A stretch of 64,000 nt of DNA. Source: Perna viridis. Taxonomy: Eukaryota. Position 1 is the first letter of the stretch; each line of letters begins with the position of its first letter. This document shows, in pieces, positions 1 to 12,200 of this stretch. The stretch is from assembly GCA_037379345.1 (NCBI GenBank), contig CM074522.1, forward strand, positions 16,182,001-16,246,000. Direction: 5' to 3'. The notes beneath the pieces were generated by a model, which saw nothing but the letters and a program-made list of their open reading frames with translations, was not told where the DNA came from and ran no database searches. Position numbers and translations under genes: made by a program.

Positions 1-309
1 TCCATGAACAAAATAACAGCTAACTCACTGTAAATAAATATTTAAAAAATTTGGGACTTGTTCATATGAATATTGTAAACTGAGCAGTTTTCATGCCATT
101 TGTTCTGTGTTTTTTTCAATCAATCTACTATCAAGAAGTTTTAAATTCATGGTTGTTCCTCAAATGGTGTTATACATGTAATGTTTTTCCGAAAAATAAG
201 GTCTCGAAAGTTTAATTCTTTGTGAAACAGGCCTGATGACAAAAAAAATACAAGTGCTTCAGAATTTCGAAGTTTACAGTAGCTTAATTTGAATTTTGCA
301 TAAACAAAC

Positions 310-420
310 CTCTTTCATGTATCTCCTTTTTAATGGCCTTGACTGTGTTGAATACCTGAGTGCTCGGTGAGCGTATCTTACACCAAAAGAGTATATGTGT
401 TGTCTTCTTCCATAGTACCT
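310..420 (-). CDS. MRPL20: MRPL20 coding exon 2 (111 nt, 37 codons)
   Basis: Acceptor TTTCAG (ctgaaa at 421-426), open frame RYYGRR...RYMKE, donor GTTTGT at 309. Confidence 0.88.
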
Positions 421-2989
421 CTGAAATTACGAAAATAACATTTTACTTCCATTAGATACAATACGACTAGGATGAATTCTTCTTTTCCATTATTATACTT
501 TGATGATAGCCGGTTGACAATTATCATGCCAGGATCATTAAGAGTAATCAAGGGAACCAAGGTTATAGTGGTAATCAAAAGAATGTAATCCAGGGACAAT
601 GACCAGACGTGGAAAAACAGACACACACAAAAAAAACATAAAGTAACTAAAATAAATCATACATATGAAGTAACAAAAGCAAATGTACAACTTGTACTCC
701 ACTAAAAACTGGGAGCATGGACCAGGTACACTGGTAGGGTAAGCATCCTCTGCTTTTCTAGAAATATCTGCCAAGTTACTCATAAAAAGTCAAGTCCAGG
801 GTAGATGAAAGAGGAAAACTATGACATGTTGAAAAAAATCAGTTTTCATGGCGCATGAATACACTGTAGCGATCCACGAGTTCATGATGACGACCATAAA
901 ACTTCTGTAGTAATGACTTCAATCTTGTAGCAACATAACCCTGTTCCAGAAGCCTATTTGTTAGAATTCTAGTGTGATACAAAAAGTCTGCGTAGTTTTG
1001 GCAAAGCTCTGGCATAATGTATGATTTGTGATATGAACACTCCATACACAGGTGCTGAAGGGATGTTGCCACAGATGAAAGGAAAGTTGACAATTCTGAA
1101 TTAAAAGTCATCAACTTTGTCATAAAGTTTGGTCAATAGTTTTCCTTTACCATCGATTTCTAAGTGTAGGTCAAGATATGAGGCTGACTTCACAGAGTCT
1201 GTAGTATCCTTTATCTCAAGTTCTTCACAAATACTATGAGTTCATTAACTCATCTTGTTTTAAAAATGATTCACAAGATACACTTATTGACTTAATAACA
1301 TGTCCTGCTACCCTACATTACCTACCATATCTTTTTGTGCCTATCCTAAACATTTTATGGCCATTTGGTTCAAGCACCATTAAAGTCTAGATTGTTTCCA
1401 CAATAACCTCATGTAAAATATGTTTTTGAAAATAAAATAATTTCCCTGCTTACCCACCCTATTTCTTTCTTACTGGTAGCAGGAAACAAATACTATTTTT
1501 TTTTGTCCTTACCAGAAATGGTGGCACCTTTTTCGAAACAAAGTGATTTCTCTGCAACTTTCCTTAATTCCTCAAAAAATAAGATACCATTTGAATTTGG
1601 AACTTTTGTGGAATCCAGTAAATGACTATAACTAACTTTTACTAAAGGAGGCTAAGGGGTAAGGTTAGTTGAATACCAAAAGGCAAGGAAAACCTATTTA
1701 CTCCCTTAGTCATGCTGGTATGACTAACCCCCTTTATAAGAGTTAGTTTTACAAATAATTTTTTTTTAATTTTCTAAAGTAAACAAAAAATCCAAATTCA
1801 AATAATACAAAATGTACCTTGTCTAAACATAATAAGTGAAAATTGTATAAAATCAAGCTCATATAAATGTATCTGCTTTTGGATGTTCTGTTACATGTAT
1901 AACAGTAAACATTGATGACATTAGTGTAGAATATCATTATTGAGGTAATACAGTCCTCAAAATTGACACCAGCCCAACAGCCATGGCTGGTAAAAAATGC
2001 TGGTGGCCATGCAGAATTTGGCTAACATGCTAATGTTTGCTATATAAATTCAGTAAATTTTTTGTCAGAAATTTATATGGCAAAGACTGATGTAATGTAA
2101 CAAAGAGGCTGTCATTGTCAAGAAGTACTGTTAATCTTAATCACGACCATCGTCAGAAACCTATGGCTCATTCTAATGTGTACCTTTCTCATTAGGTAAT
2201 CACACTATTCTCACATGATAGAAATCTAGGGTGTGATGATCAGAACATTGTATTTCTTTACGTGTTTCTCAGTACAGAAAACCTGAAAATTCTTCATGAC
2301 AGAGACTATTACCACTGCCTATCTTCACAGGAAGATACACATCCCTGCTGTCCATCAAATTTTCAATTGTTGACTGAAATGGTTTCAGTTCCGTGATATT
2401 AAATATTTCCAAGCTTGACATTATTCTCCATGTTTACAAACGATGAAAGCAAGTATTAGTGATATAGAAGCACCAAATTAATTGGTCGTACTGGATTTTC
2501 AGCAATTTTCAAAATTTTTGATGGTCATGTTCAGAAAATTGCTGTCAAACTGAAGAGGGAGTGTATATCAGAGGGGTAGTCACTTGTTGCCATAGACTTT
2601 GTTAGGAGTAACCAGTCCCTGAACTGAATGAATATGAAATAAATGCAAGTATTTAAAAGTTATCATGATCCATTGGCATTGAAAAGTTGTTGAAGTGAAT
2701 CCCTACATATTACAATTGCAAGGTTTTTGATAAAAATCCACTTTCCAAATGACTGTTTTTCCTCAGTGTAGAAAGAAGTTGGCTACAGTAAGACACTCAG
2801 ACCCCAGTACTGCAGTAGACGTTGATTATATTACCAGTCCTTAGGCTTAGGCTTAGTAGCCTTAGACCTTACCCACATCATTCTGAAATACATGCTTCTC
2901 TTCCAGTATTTGTCTGGCTTAGGGCATTTCTCTACTGTTTTCCTGGCGTACATCGTACTGCAATTTCTAAGTAACGATAAGAAAACCAT
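310..2989 (-). CDS. MRPL20: Mitochondrial ribosomal protein L20 (bL20m), 5' part; join(complement(2873..2989),complement(310..420)), remaining exons beyond the left edge
   Basis: Spliced translation MVFLSLLRNCSTMYARKTVEKCPKPDKYWKRSMYFRMMW|RYYGRRQHIYSFGVRYAHRALRYSTQSRPLKRRYMKE matches the bL20m pattern (MVFL...PDxYW/F...xxGRxxxxYxxxVRxxxRAxxxxTxxRxLKxxxM). Canonical splice sites, phase 0/0. Confidence 0.9.
541..1223 (-). mobile_element. Penelope-like retroelement, 5'-truncated (RT C-terminus plus 3' UTR), in MRPL20 intron 1
   Basis: Minus strand translates ELEIKDTTDSVKSASYLDLHLEIDGKGKLLTKLYDKVDDF*FRIVNFPFICGNIPSAPVYGVFISQ... then (frameshift) YADFLYHTRILTNRLLEQGYVATRLKSLLQKFYGRHHELVDRY (ORF 839..1123), the RT thumb region of this element type. 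Its 3' UTR recurs elsewhere in the window. Confidence 0.8.
2873..2989 (-). CDS. MRPL20: MRPL20 coding exon 1 (39 codons)
   Basis: ATG at 2989-2987; reads ...RMMW followed by GTAAGG donor (ccttac at 2867-2872). Confidence 0.88.
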
Positions 2990-3276
2990 GTTGAATGATT
3001 TTTTTTTCAGTTTGTCCTTGCTTAATCTGGTTCTTTCATTTACTCGTAAAAAATAAACCAGTCAAACTATGGTCCCCTGTTTACTTTTCTCTATTACTTT
3101 AAGCGGCTTCAGTCGAAAAGGGAGATAATCAATACAGTAACGTTCCAAATTTTGACAGGAAAATTGCTTCTCATCCGGCTTCGAAAGGAAATTCACTGGG
3201 GTGTAGAAATCCGGCGTCTAGATTGTCAGCTATTGCAAGTAATTTAACCGGACAACTTCACTCTCCAAAATCAAAA
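2990..3276. promoter_or_regulatory. Bidirectional promoter and 5'UTRs shared by MRPL20 and PGD
   Basis: Divergent start codons 287 bp apart. Local cluster of CpG/CCGG sites in otherwise CpG-poor DNA, including an ETS-like CCGGATG on the - strand near 3172-3178. No obvious TATA box. Confidence 0.75.
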
Positions 3277-3287
3277 ATGTCGGAAAA
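3277..3287 (+). CDS. PGD: PGD coding exon 1 (ATG TCG GAA AA; 11 nt micro-exon)
   Basis: caaaaATGTCGGAAAA|GTAAGT. Phase 2 matches the acceptor at 11331 and gives [17 protein letters not shown]. Confidence 0.8.
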
Positions 3288-6200
3288 GTAAGTTACTGTA
3301 CTTCAATATTTTCTAATCATGACTACATGAGGCATGACTTTAGTTAAGTTTTATTATTATTATCACAATTTGTAATGGTCAGACCATAATATCATCTGTC
3401 AATATTGATTTGCATTTGAGAATAAAATATTAAATAAACTGGAGTGTCTATTTACTTTTCACTCGTGTTGTAAATGGATTATAGAAAATACAATACTAAT
3501 AGACCCTCTAGGCTCTACCAATCAAAATTTTTGTAGTTTTATGGTAAGTCAGGCTTTTGAAGATATTGGGCTTAACCTATGATAATTTTTTGGTCTATTA
3601 GCCTTATTAAATTGTTCTCCCAAAATTTGTTCACTTGAAGTCCATTCCCCCTTTGGAGTCCTTATATACAGGGTAGAAAACTTGCTCAAATTCTAGCCAG
3701 TCCCGAATACAATTTTTCAATATATTTACAATATGGCTATGTAATTTTTTGCTAAAATTAGCCTGTCATGGGCTGACGGGCAGGCTACTATTCCTAACTC
3801 TGTTATATATACAGTGTACAACTATATTTGAAGAAAAGGAAATGCTAAACCAATTCAGAGGAACCCAGGAAAGGAGCATCTTGATGGGTTGCCACATAGA
3901 CAATTATGGGCACATCATGGAGTTTAATATGGAGTAGGCATTGCCTATAATAGCAAGCACCATGAATTAGGCCGAATTCAAAATGTCATTTTTCCATCTC
4001 GAGTAGCTCCAGCATAATCCTTTTTAAATGTACATATCCCAGAACAATAACACTTCTCCACGGAAGAGGGAAATTTTATACATAACCTATGATGTAGACA
4101 AATGCACATTACAGATTTTGACGCAACTGACGAAGTTCAAGTAAATACCGAATGCTTTTCTATCATAGAAAGCTATGCATCGATTTGGGTAGTATGATCA
4201 AAGCTATATTCTGAGGTGGGTGAGGTTCATGAATAGCCATTAAACAGAACAGTGGACTGACTGTAGAGAAAGATAGGTAACTTTTCCCGAACTTTTTAGA
4301 TCTTATAATACATGATATTCATTTCTTTAAATTAAGATAAATATTAGATAAGACCTCATGACTATCAAAATAAAATTAATATAATTTTACTGTGACATGA
4401 TCTTCCATTATACATTTTTATTTGTTTTGCTATAGAAATTTTTTCTGTTAACACAGTCACTTTGTAGCTCACCTGGCCAAAGGCTGTTTGAGCTATTGCT
4501 ATCACTTGGTGTCTGTTATCGCTGTTTGTGGTCATCCATTGTTGTTAACAATTTTTCAAAACTCTTCTGCAGTTAGAAATAGTAGCCTGCCCGCCTGTCC
4601 AGGACTTGCTATTTTTTGGCAGGGCTGGCTAATGTTAGCAAAAATCTATATACCCATATAGTATTTAGTATATTGAAAAGTTGTATTCAGGACTGGCTAG
4701 AATTTGAGTCAGTTTCCTACCCTGTCTTCTGAAACTATTGGACCAATCAGGGCCAATCTTGGTATGAATATTCCTTTTGGGATTGTGCATAGAACTGATG
4801 TGGGTATTATTGATCCATCTAAAAACATGGCCACTGTTACTAAAAATAGAATATAGGCGTCAGACAGAAATTTTTCGCATATATCTCTGAAACTGTTAGG
4901 TTTAACCAAATTCTGACAATGGGCAAAAGTGTTCAGTATGAAGAGACTAATATCCGATGTCAAATTTTCATCTTAATCTGTTAAGTCATATTGGAAATAT
5001 TGCCCTTTTTCAACATTTTTTGCTATTTTTAATGTTATTTCTTTCAAAAAACTCCTGACAAATTAGAACCAAACTTGGTATGAATGTTTCTTGGGGTTTA
5101 TTGCATAGAATTGAAGTGGGGATTTTTGATCTGTTGAAAAACATGACAGCCATTACTACAAACAGAAGATAGGGATTAGAGAGATATTTTTCTCATATAT
5201 CTCCAAAACTGTTAGGTTCAGCCAAATTCTTTAAATTGCCAAAATGATCTGTATGATAGGGCCTACAAAAGTCTGCTTTGGATTAAAGCTGTCGGACGAC
5301 TCCTTGTAAAATTTATTGGCCTTGAAAGGCAAAAAATTGTTTTATCTTGCAGTTTTTAGCCAATATTTTGAAAACTATGATAGATGGAAAGAAACATTCA
5401 GTTTCTGAAATAGTCCTTATGATAAGGCTTACCAAAGTCTGCATGGATCAAAGATGTTGGACGACTCCTTGTAAGACTTATTGCCCTTGATAGGTGAAAA
5501 ATTGTTTTTAGCAGTTGATAAAATAATCCTAATGATATGTCCTACCTAGACTCAATTTTTGAATATTATTTCATCACTGTGCCATACTACAACATTTGTA
5601 TATGATTGAAAGGCTATGAAATTATAAAAAAAAAAATAAGAGTTTGCATACAGTATTCATGTATGTATGTCAAAATCCCACCAAATTCAATTTTATTTCT
5701 TGTTCAGAAACAGTTATGATTGACATAAGCAGTCTAAATTTTTCTTTTGGTTTTTGTACATTTTAAATAGAAAATATATAGAGTTACATGTATCGTTCTT
5801 GATTTTCAAAATATCTTGATTTGCCTTTGCATATTGTAAGATAAAAATATGATATGATTTTTTTTCTGAAATACATGTAAGTGTGGTTAAGCTAGGAATT
5901 GCTTAAAATACTGGCTCTTCTTATTATACATTGTAGGTATCCCACCCAATAATTTACTAGAATTAGAAAAAATTAAGACTACTTGTATGTTTGTATACCG
6001 GGTGTACAATGTACATTTTTGTACTATACAGTAAGTGTTAGGATTTTTTCTATTCAAAAGTTTTGAATAACTGAAAATGCATGTAATTAGTTAGCTGAAA
6101 AGGTAGTTATACATGTTACATGTAGCAAAATATGTGATACAAATATATTCATTTAAAGTCTAACTATTCAATAGTTTAAGCCTATATTCTGTAATATATT

Positions 6201-9200
6201 TGTAGTCAATAAAACAGATATATTAGTCATTTTGTCAATACATAAATTATTAGGTAGTTACACATATTTTGTATGTTAATGTAGGATGTCTCCATAGGTT
6301 GTATACTTAGTTGTTTTATGTTCAATTTTAGCATGAATTCTGAGTTTTACAAATGTATGTAAAAAAAATTGTTTACAATGAATTACAGTGTAACAACCAA
6401 ATGTCTTTTTGAAAGTGATTGCTCTTTCAATCCTTATATGACCTATTACGATTCATCATAAATCAACATGTATCTTATTAGTTCAATACAAGAGAGAAAA
6501 AAATGTTTCAATTTGTCAAATATGGAATTTTGACCATTAATGACAATTTTCGGGTTGGTGGTTCATATTTTGAAATAACATGTATGAGGGTGGGAAGGGA
6601 AATAACTCCTTTAATTCATCAAAGAAGTATGTGATTATTTTTCAATCATGGTCATCTCAGTACCAGTGGTGAATTCTGTGAAGGGGATACTCCCATTTCT
6701 ATAGAAAAAAATTAATGGTCCATAAATTTAGTTCAAAACATTTTGATCCATGCACTATTTGACAATTAGTTATGTTTTGTTGGGTATAAAAACCCATTAT
6801 ACAATGTATTTACAGTAACCTGTTTAAATCAAGCCCTGAATAAGAAAAAGACAGGTTTTGCTGTATTGAAATGATGCTTCATCTCTATTGTGGTCTTTAA
6901 ACTTTTTCCAACGCAGTCAGTATAGTTTCGCTTTTTATCCTTTGACCTTAAAGATGCTCTAACATGGAAATGTAAGTCAACTGATTGCAATTCTGTTTCC
7001 CAATTGGCCAAATACTGATAGATTAGGGGTGTTAGAAAAAACTGTATCAAAAATTGAAATTGCATGCCATGTGTTATTTCCTGAATGAAATGTAGAAAAT
7101 TGTAAGTAAAAAGAACAATTATTACTGTGTCACCTATATTTTTATAGATAGTACATGTTTAAAAGTCTACTAGAATGTATTGTAGCCCAGTAACATTTAA
7201 ATTTGTACAAATATACACTTAAATGTTCGTGCTACTAAAAAGTAATGGATATCAATAAGTTTAAGCGTGTTTAATTTATAAATTTATGATTATCAGAATA
7301 CATTTGATACACTAGGTGTTTCAAAAATGATTTTTGTCATGTCATTTTATGGTAACTAAAACTTATATAACCTTGATACTCACACAATTGGAAGCCTTAT
7401 AAAATATACATTAGTACATGTTTCGTCATATATACCAACGTCTCACTCCAAGAAATCCAGTTCAATTTTTATGTCACTGTCAAATGAAAGGATGATAATA
7501 GGTTTTGTAGTGATTCAGTGACTGCAAAAGATGCAGAGTAATAGAATACACAGTACTAGACATTTGTTATATGTTACATGTATGTCTTCAACATCTTTTC
7601 ACCTTTATATTAGGAAAATAAGAAAAATAATGGTGTGTTTGATTCCAACAAAAAAAGGCACATTTGGGAAACTTGCATGCTGAATCTTACTGAATTTTGA
7701 CCCCCTTTTAATTTTGGTCTTATTTAGGTTTATATAGTCTATATGTTCAATTCTGATCGATTAGTGGAAAACATGAGTTTCTGTGGATCTTTGATATAAC
7801 AAATTTAGATTTCTGATTTAAAACCATAATATTTCTAAATTATTTTCCTATTATAGACCATATTCCTTTAAATGTTTTGTGTTAGAAACATGAGATGTGT
7901 CAGAAATTTAATCCCATTAAAATTTAGAGTTGCAAAAAGCTTAATTTTTGTGCTTGGGTTGCCTGAATTGTTTGGGATTCAGTTCAGACTGTGTTTAGCA
8001 TAAAAAGAACTGATATGACTGCATTATTCATTGTTTTCCTCATGTCAGAAAATTGATAATTTCTTAGCTCCTTCAACCTGTCCTAAGTTGTCTACAATAT
8101 TGAGTCAGATCATAGACTATTTTCACTATTATTATGGTTACTACTTTTATCAATATTAAAAAAAACACTGAAGTGTTTTGTAAGTGGGTCAATTCAGTTT
8201 TGTGATAAGGGTTGTTTAAACTATATAATCATTTTTAATTTTTTAGATATACATGTATTAAGCTAGATTTGTTGTTGGAAAAAAAAACTATTTTTATAAT
8301 AGGGTTTGTACGTCTCGATCTAGTTTCGTTTTCCTTTCCAGGATTTCCAATGTAGCACTTATTGAAATCTGAAGACCAGTCTGCATTTTATTGTTTACTT
8401 CTGAAATCTTGAAACATTGCATTAAAATTTACCTTTAAGAGTGAGAGATCCTGAACTTTTTTATATCCTAAATGAAAGGTCCTGTATAAGAAAGTGAAAG
8501 GCCCTAAACAATTGAAGTTAAATATGGTATGATCAGGACCTAGATAAATAATATTTCAAAAGTCTTGCATTAGAAATTGAGAGTCCCAGACCTTGTACCA
8601 GTGTAATTTGAACCCCTAGTGATTATGTCTGAGGTGTTCAATTTAATTGAATGAGAAATGGGAAATCTTAAGCCCATGGTATAAGGGATTACATCTGATG
8701 GGGCTTTTTTGCATTAGACCACCTTGGTTCTTGCATGGAGCTGTACTTCAATGCAGATACATATAGGTATGATTTTCAAAAATTACAATTGCAAATGAAA
8801 GTGTCATAAAACTGTTACATGTACTAGTAAACGGTATTTTAGCATGTTTTAATGCAAAGTAAACCACTAAATAATTTTTACCCTTCAAAGGTAATGATAA
8901 ATTTTGTTGATTTTTCAGTGCAAAGTGCAATTATTGATTTCAAAGGAATTACTTTAGAACTTAATGTTTAGTATTTATACCTGGTTCATGACCTTATTAG
9001 TATCTTCTGACTTTCGTTATTTTTCTCACATTAACTGGTAGATAAAAAACAAGTCTAGACTGATCCCTTAATAAACTGGATACTTGTTTAAATCATACTT
9101 TGGAAAACCCTTTATATGTGTGAGCTCCAATCCTTTTGCACTTATGTAAACTGAAAATGCACCTATACTCAACGAAGCCTTTAGTATAGTAGAAGTTACA

Positions 9201-12200
9201 TTGATAAAGGTTGCACTGTAATTAGCTTGTGAGATAGGATATAAGTGTAAAAAGGATGTCATCCTGTCAGTAATATGGATGTAAAAAGTATTTATAGATG
9301 ATGATGATGGGGTTAAAACATCATTAGTCTAAATATGGTTGGATTTTAACAAATTCATATCACAAAAGATTAATGTTATGATTTGAGAGAGATGTTAAGT
9401 TTTATATCTGATTGTTGTAGTAACTATAGAGCAGTAATGGAAATATACTATAAACATATTAACTTTCGCGGCGTAATAATTTTCGCTATTTTTGCAGAAA
9501 ACCATGAAAAATAGTACTCAGGAAATTGATTTTTTGTCAGACTATATAAGGCTTTTCATTTTTCGAAATCGTGAAAATTGATACCTGTGAATATGTTCAC
9601 TTGACGGAATCCATAAAAATTCTATTAAATTTCATATGAAAGTTGGGCATGTAGCTGTGCATGAAAGAATATAATTATTGCAAAAGGACCCAAAAAGAGA
9701 TAATTCTAGATAAGTATTTTATATTTAAGTAACACTCCACATAAGAATCAAGCAAAATGTGATTCATGGTTGGAAAGCCTACATATTTTTTGTTGTTGAT
9801 ATTTTGTTTAAAATGTCATAATAAATAGAAAGTAACATGTGGCTGTTCATATAACCCTTGTTCATAGGAGGTAAAAATCATATAGAATGTACTGTAGAAT
9901 AAAAAATAAGGGAGGTAACTCAGTAAATGACCCTCAAATACAATAGAAACTATTGGATTTTCCATGTGGATTATCTCCTAAGAGCTGACCAATTAGAATG
10001 AATAATTATACATTTCATCATATAATATAGACCTATAAAGCAACTTAAAATACCAAAATAAAAATATGCAGCCTTTTTTTAGGTGTATCACATTTTACAG
10101 AATTTGCATGATTCTTATAGACTGCTACTTAACATATAACTCCAATTGACAAAGGGATTATTTCTTTGTGCTCATAGTTGTTCTAGTTTTATGTTAATTC
10201 TTAAAAAAAGAAGAAAATCTGATTACTATATGTACTATTATTAGTTAATATGACAAAATTCTGGCATCAATAAAGTTTAAAGTTCCATAATAGGAGTTCT
10301 AATTATTTCAACTTTAATTTAGCTATGTATTTTGTAATAAATTCTGAGTCGTCAGTACATTAAATCCTTTAAGATTTCAGCATTTTAATCAGCAAAGGCC
10401 TTCAGTATTGTAAACCTGTTTCTGGTTATAGTTTGTATCTCATAAAAATTGCTACAAAATATAGGTCAATAGGAAATTTGGATGATTTATGTTGGAATAA
10501 ATTATGGTTATACAAATGTCTTTCTAACCATCTATCTGTATGTTGTGAAGATCACATTTTATCTTAAGAGCACTTCATATAATTTACTTTAAAATTTACA
10601 TATCAGTAAATACAAAATAATATGTACTGGTCTTTGTCCCTGGATTGCATTCTTCTGATTACGGCTATAACCTTGAATCCCTTGATTACGATTTAATAAA
10701 GTAACTTGTATTTGATTGGTCTAAATAGAATTTCATGGATGCTACTTTTGTTGTTATGCTGTTGGTGGATCAATTCTATCTGTCATGTGCAACCTGAGAA
10801 CTCTTCACTCCCATGAAAATAAATGGAAGATTATCCTTACCCTATTTGTCTTCATTTTACTGAGAAATAGATATCCCAGACCATAAGTAATAGATATAGG
10901 AGGAGAAGGGATTCACAGTTTTTAAAATTTGTATGTCAAGACTCGTGTAATAATCTCCACTTTCTGATTCCAACAAAAATAATAAACTCCAAGAGGCAGT
11001 CTGATTATAACTTGTCGAAAATAATAAATTCAAGACAATACCAAGGTATTGTAAAACCTATGAATATCAATATAATACTATAAATTTGAAACAATATGGG
11101 CCTTATGTCTTTGGATCATGATAAAGGACAGTTTAGGAAATTCCATTGGCAATAATTATATTTTACTGAAGTCTTATCAGTCAGTTTGAAGAACTTTTTT
11201 ACCTCCTTTTACCAAAATACAAGGACCAATGGGTAAGGGCATTGTAAAAAGACTATGATCCTTAATCCCCTACAAACGTGATCTCTCTACTATACCATCT
11301 TCATATTTAACATCTTGTTTCTGTTTTCAGGGGAGATCTCGCTCTTATTGGGCTGGCTGTGATGGGGCAGAATCTTATACTGAATATGAATGATCATGGG
11401 TTTACTGTAAGTATTAGAACATGATACAAGTCCCCCTGAACTCAACCCTCATACATAACAGGCACTTATCCATCACTGTACCTATAGATGTTGCATGCTA
11501 TACACAGGTATACTATTTTATGATTGGTTAGTTCAGGATCAATTTTGTGTTCCAGCATTTTTACAGCACATTCAATAGTAATGTTCAGTAGATTAAGTTT
11601 GCTCTTACTTGATTCAATGACCATCATCTAATGGTCTTCCTAAGGTATTCAACTGGGTATCAGGAAGAATATTTCGACTTTCTTATATGACTTATTCATC
11701 TGCTGCAGTCTATTCCAGGTATTTGAAATAATGTATAAATCTGTGACAGTTTATCAGGTGACTGTCATTTAACTCTTTCCCCTGAACAGCTTTATTGTAT
11801 ATGCTGTAAAAATGTTGCAAAAGTAGTGATATAGATCAATTTACTAGTACAGTGTTGGACATTTCATACTACTCTGTCAAAGCTTATGTTTGGTCCAATC
11901 ATGTTTTCAATTTTCAAATATGTCATATGTCTTCAGTAATGTTTCAAAGTTGCTATCATGTACTTTTGAGATGACAAAGATCAAAAATTAAGGTGAGTCA
12001 TTGCACTTTGCACATGGATGATTTTCAATGGTTATACATGGAATATGATATACTTCATATTTAATTGACAAATTACTATTTACTTTCAGCAAAAAGTAAA
12101 TAATGGTCCAATGGAAGAAAAATAATCAGAAAAAATATTTAAGGTTTTTATATCAGATGAAAACTTTCTTTTCAGAAAAAATTTCTCTAAATGTAATTTA

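Noticed and set aside
541-860. Hammerhead ribozyme in the Penelope-like 3' region
   Set aside because: I could not find CTGANGA...GAAA with compatible stems by eye.
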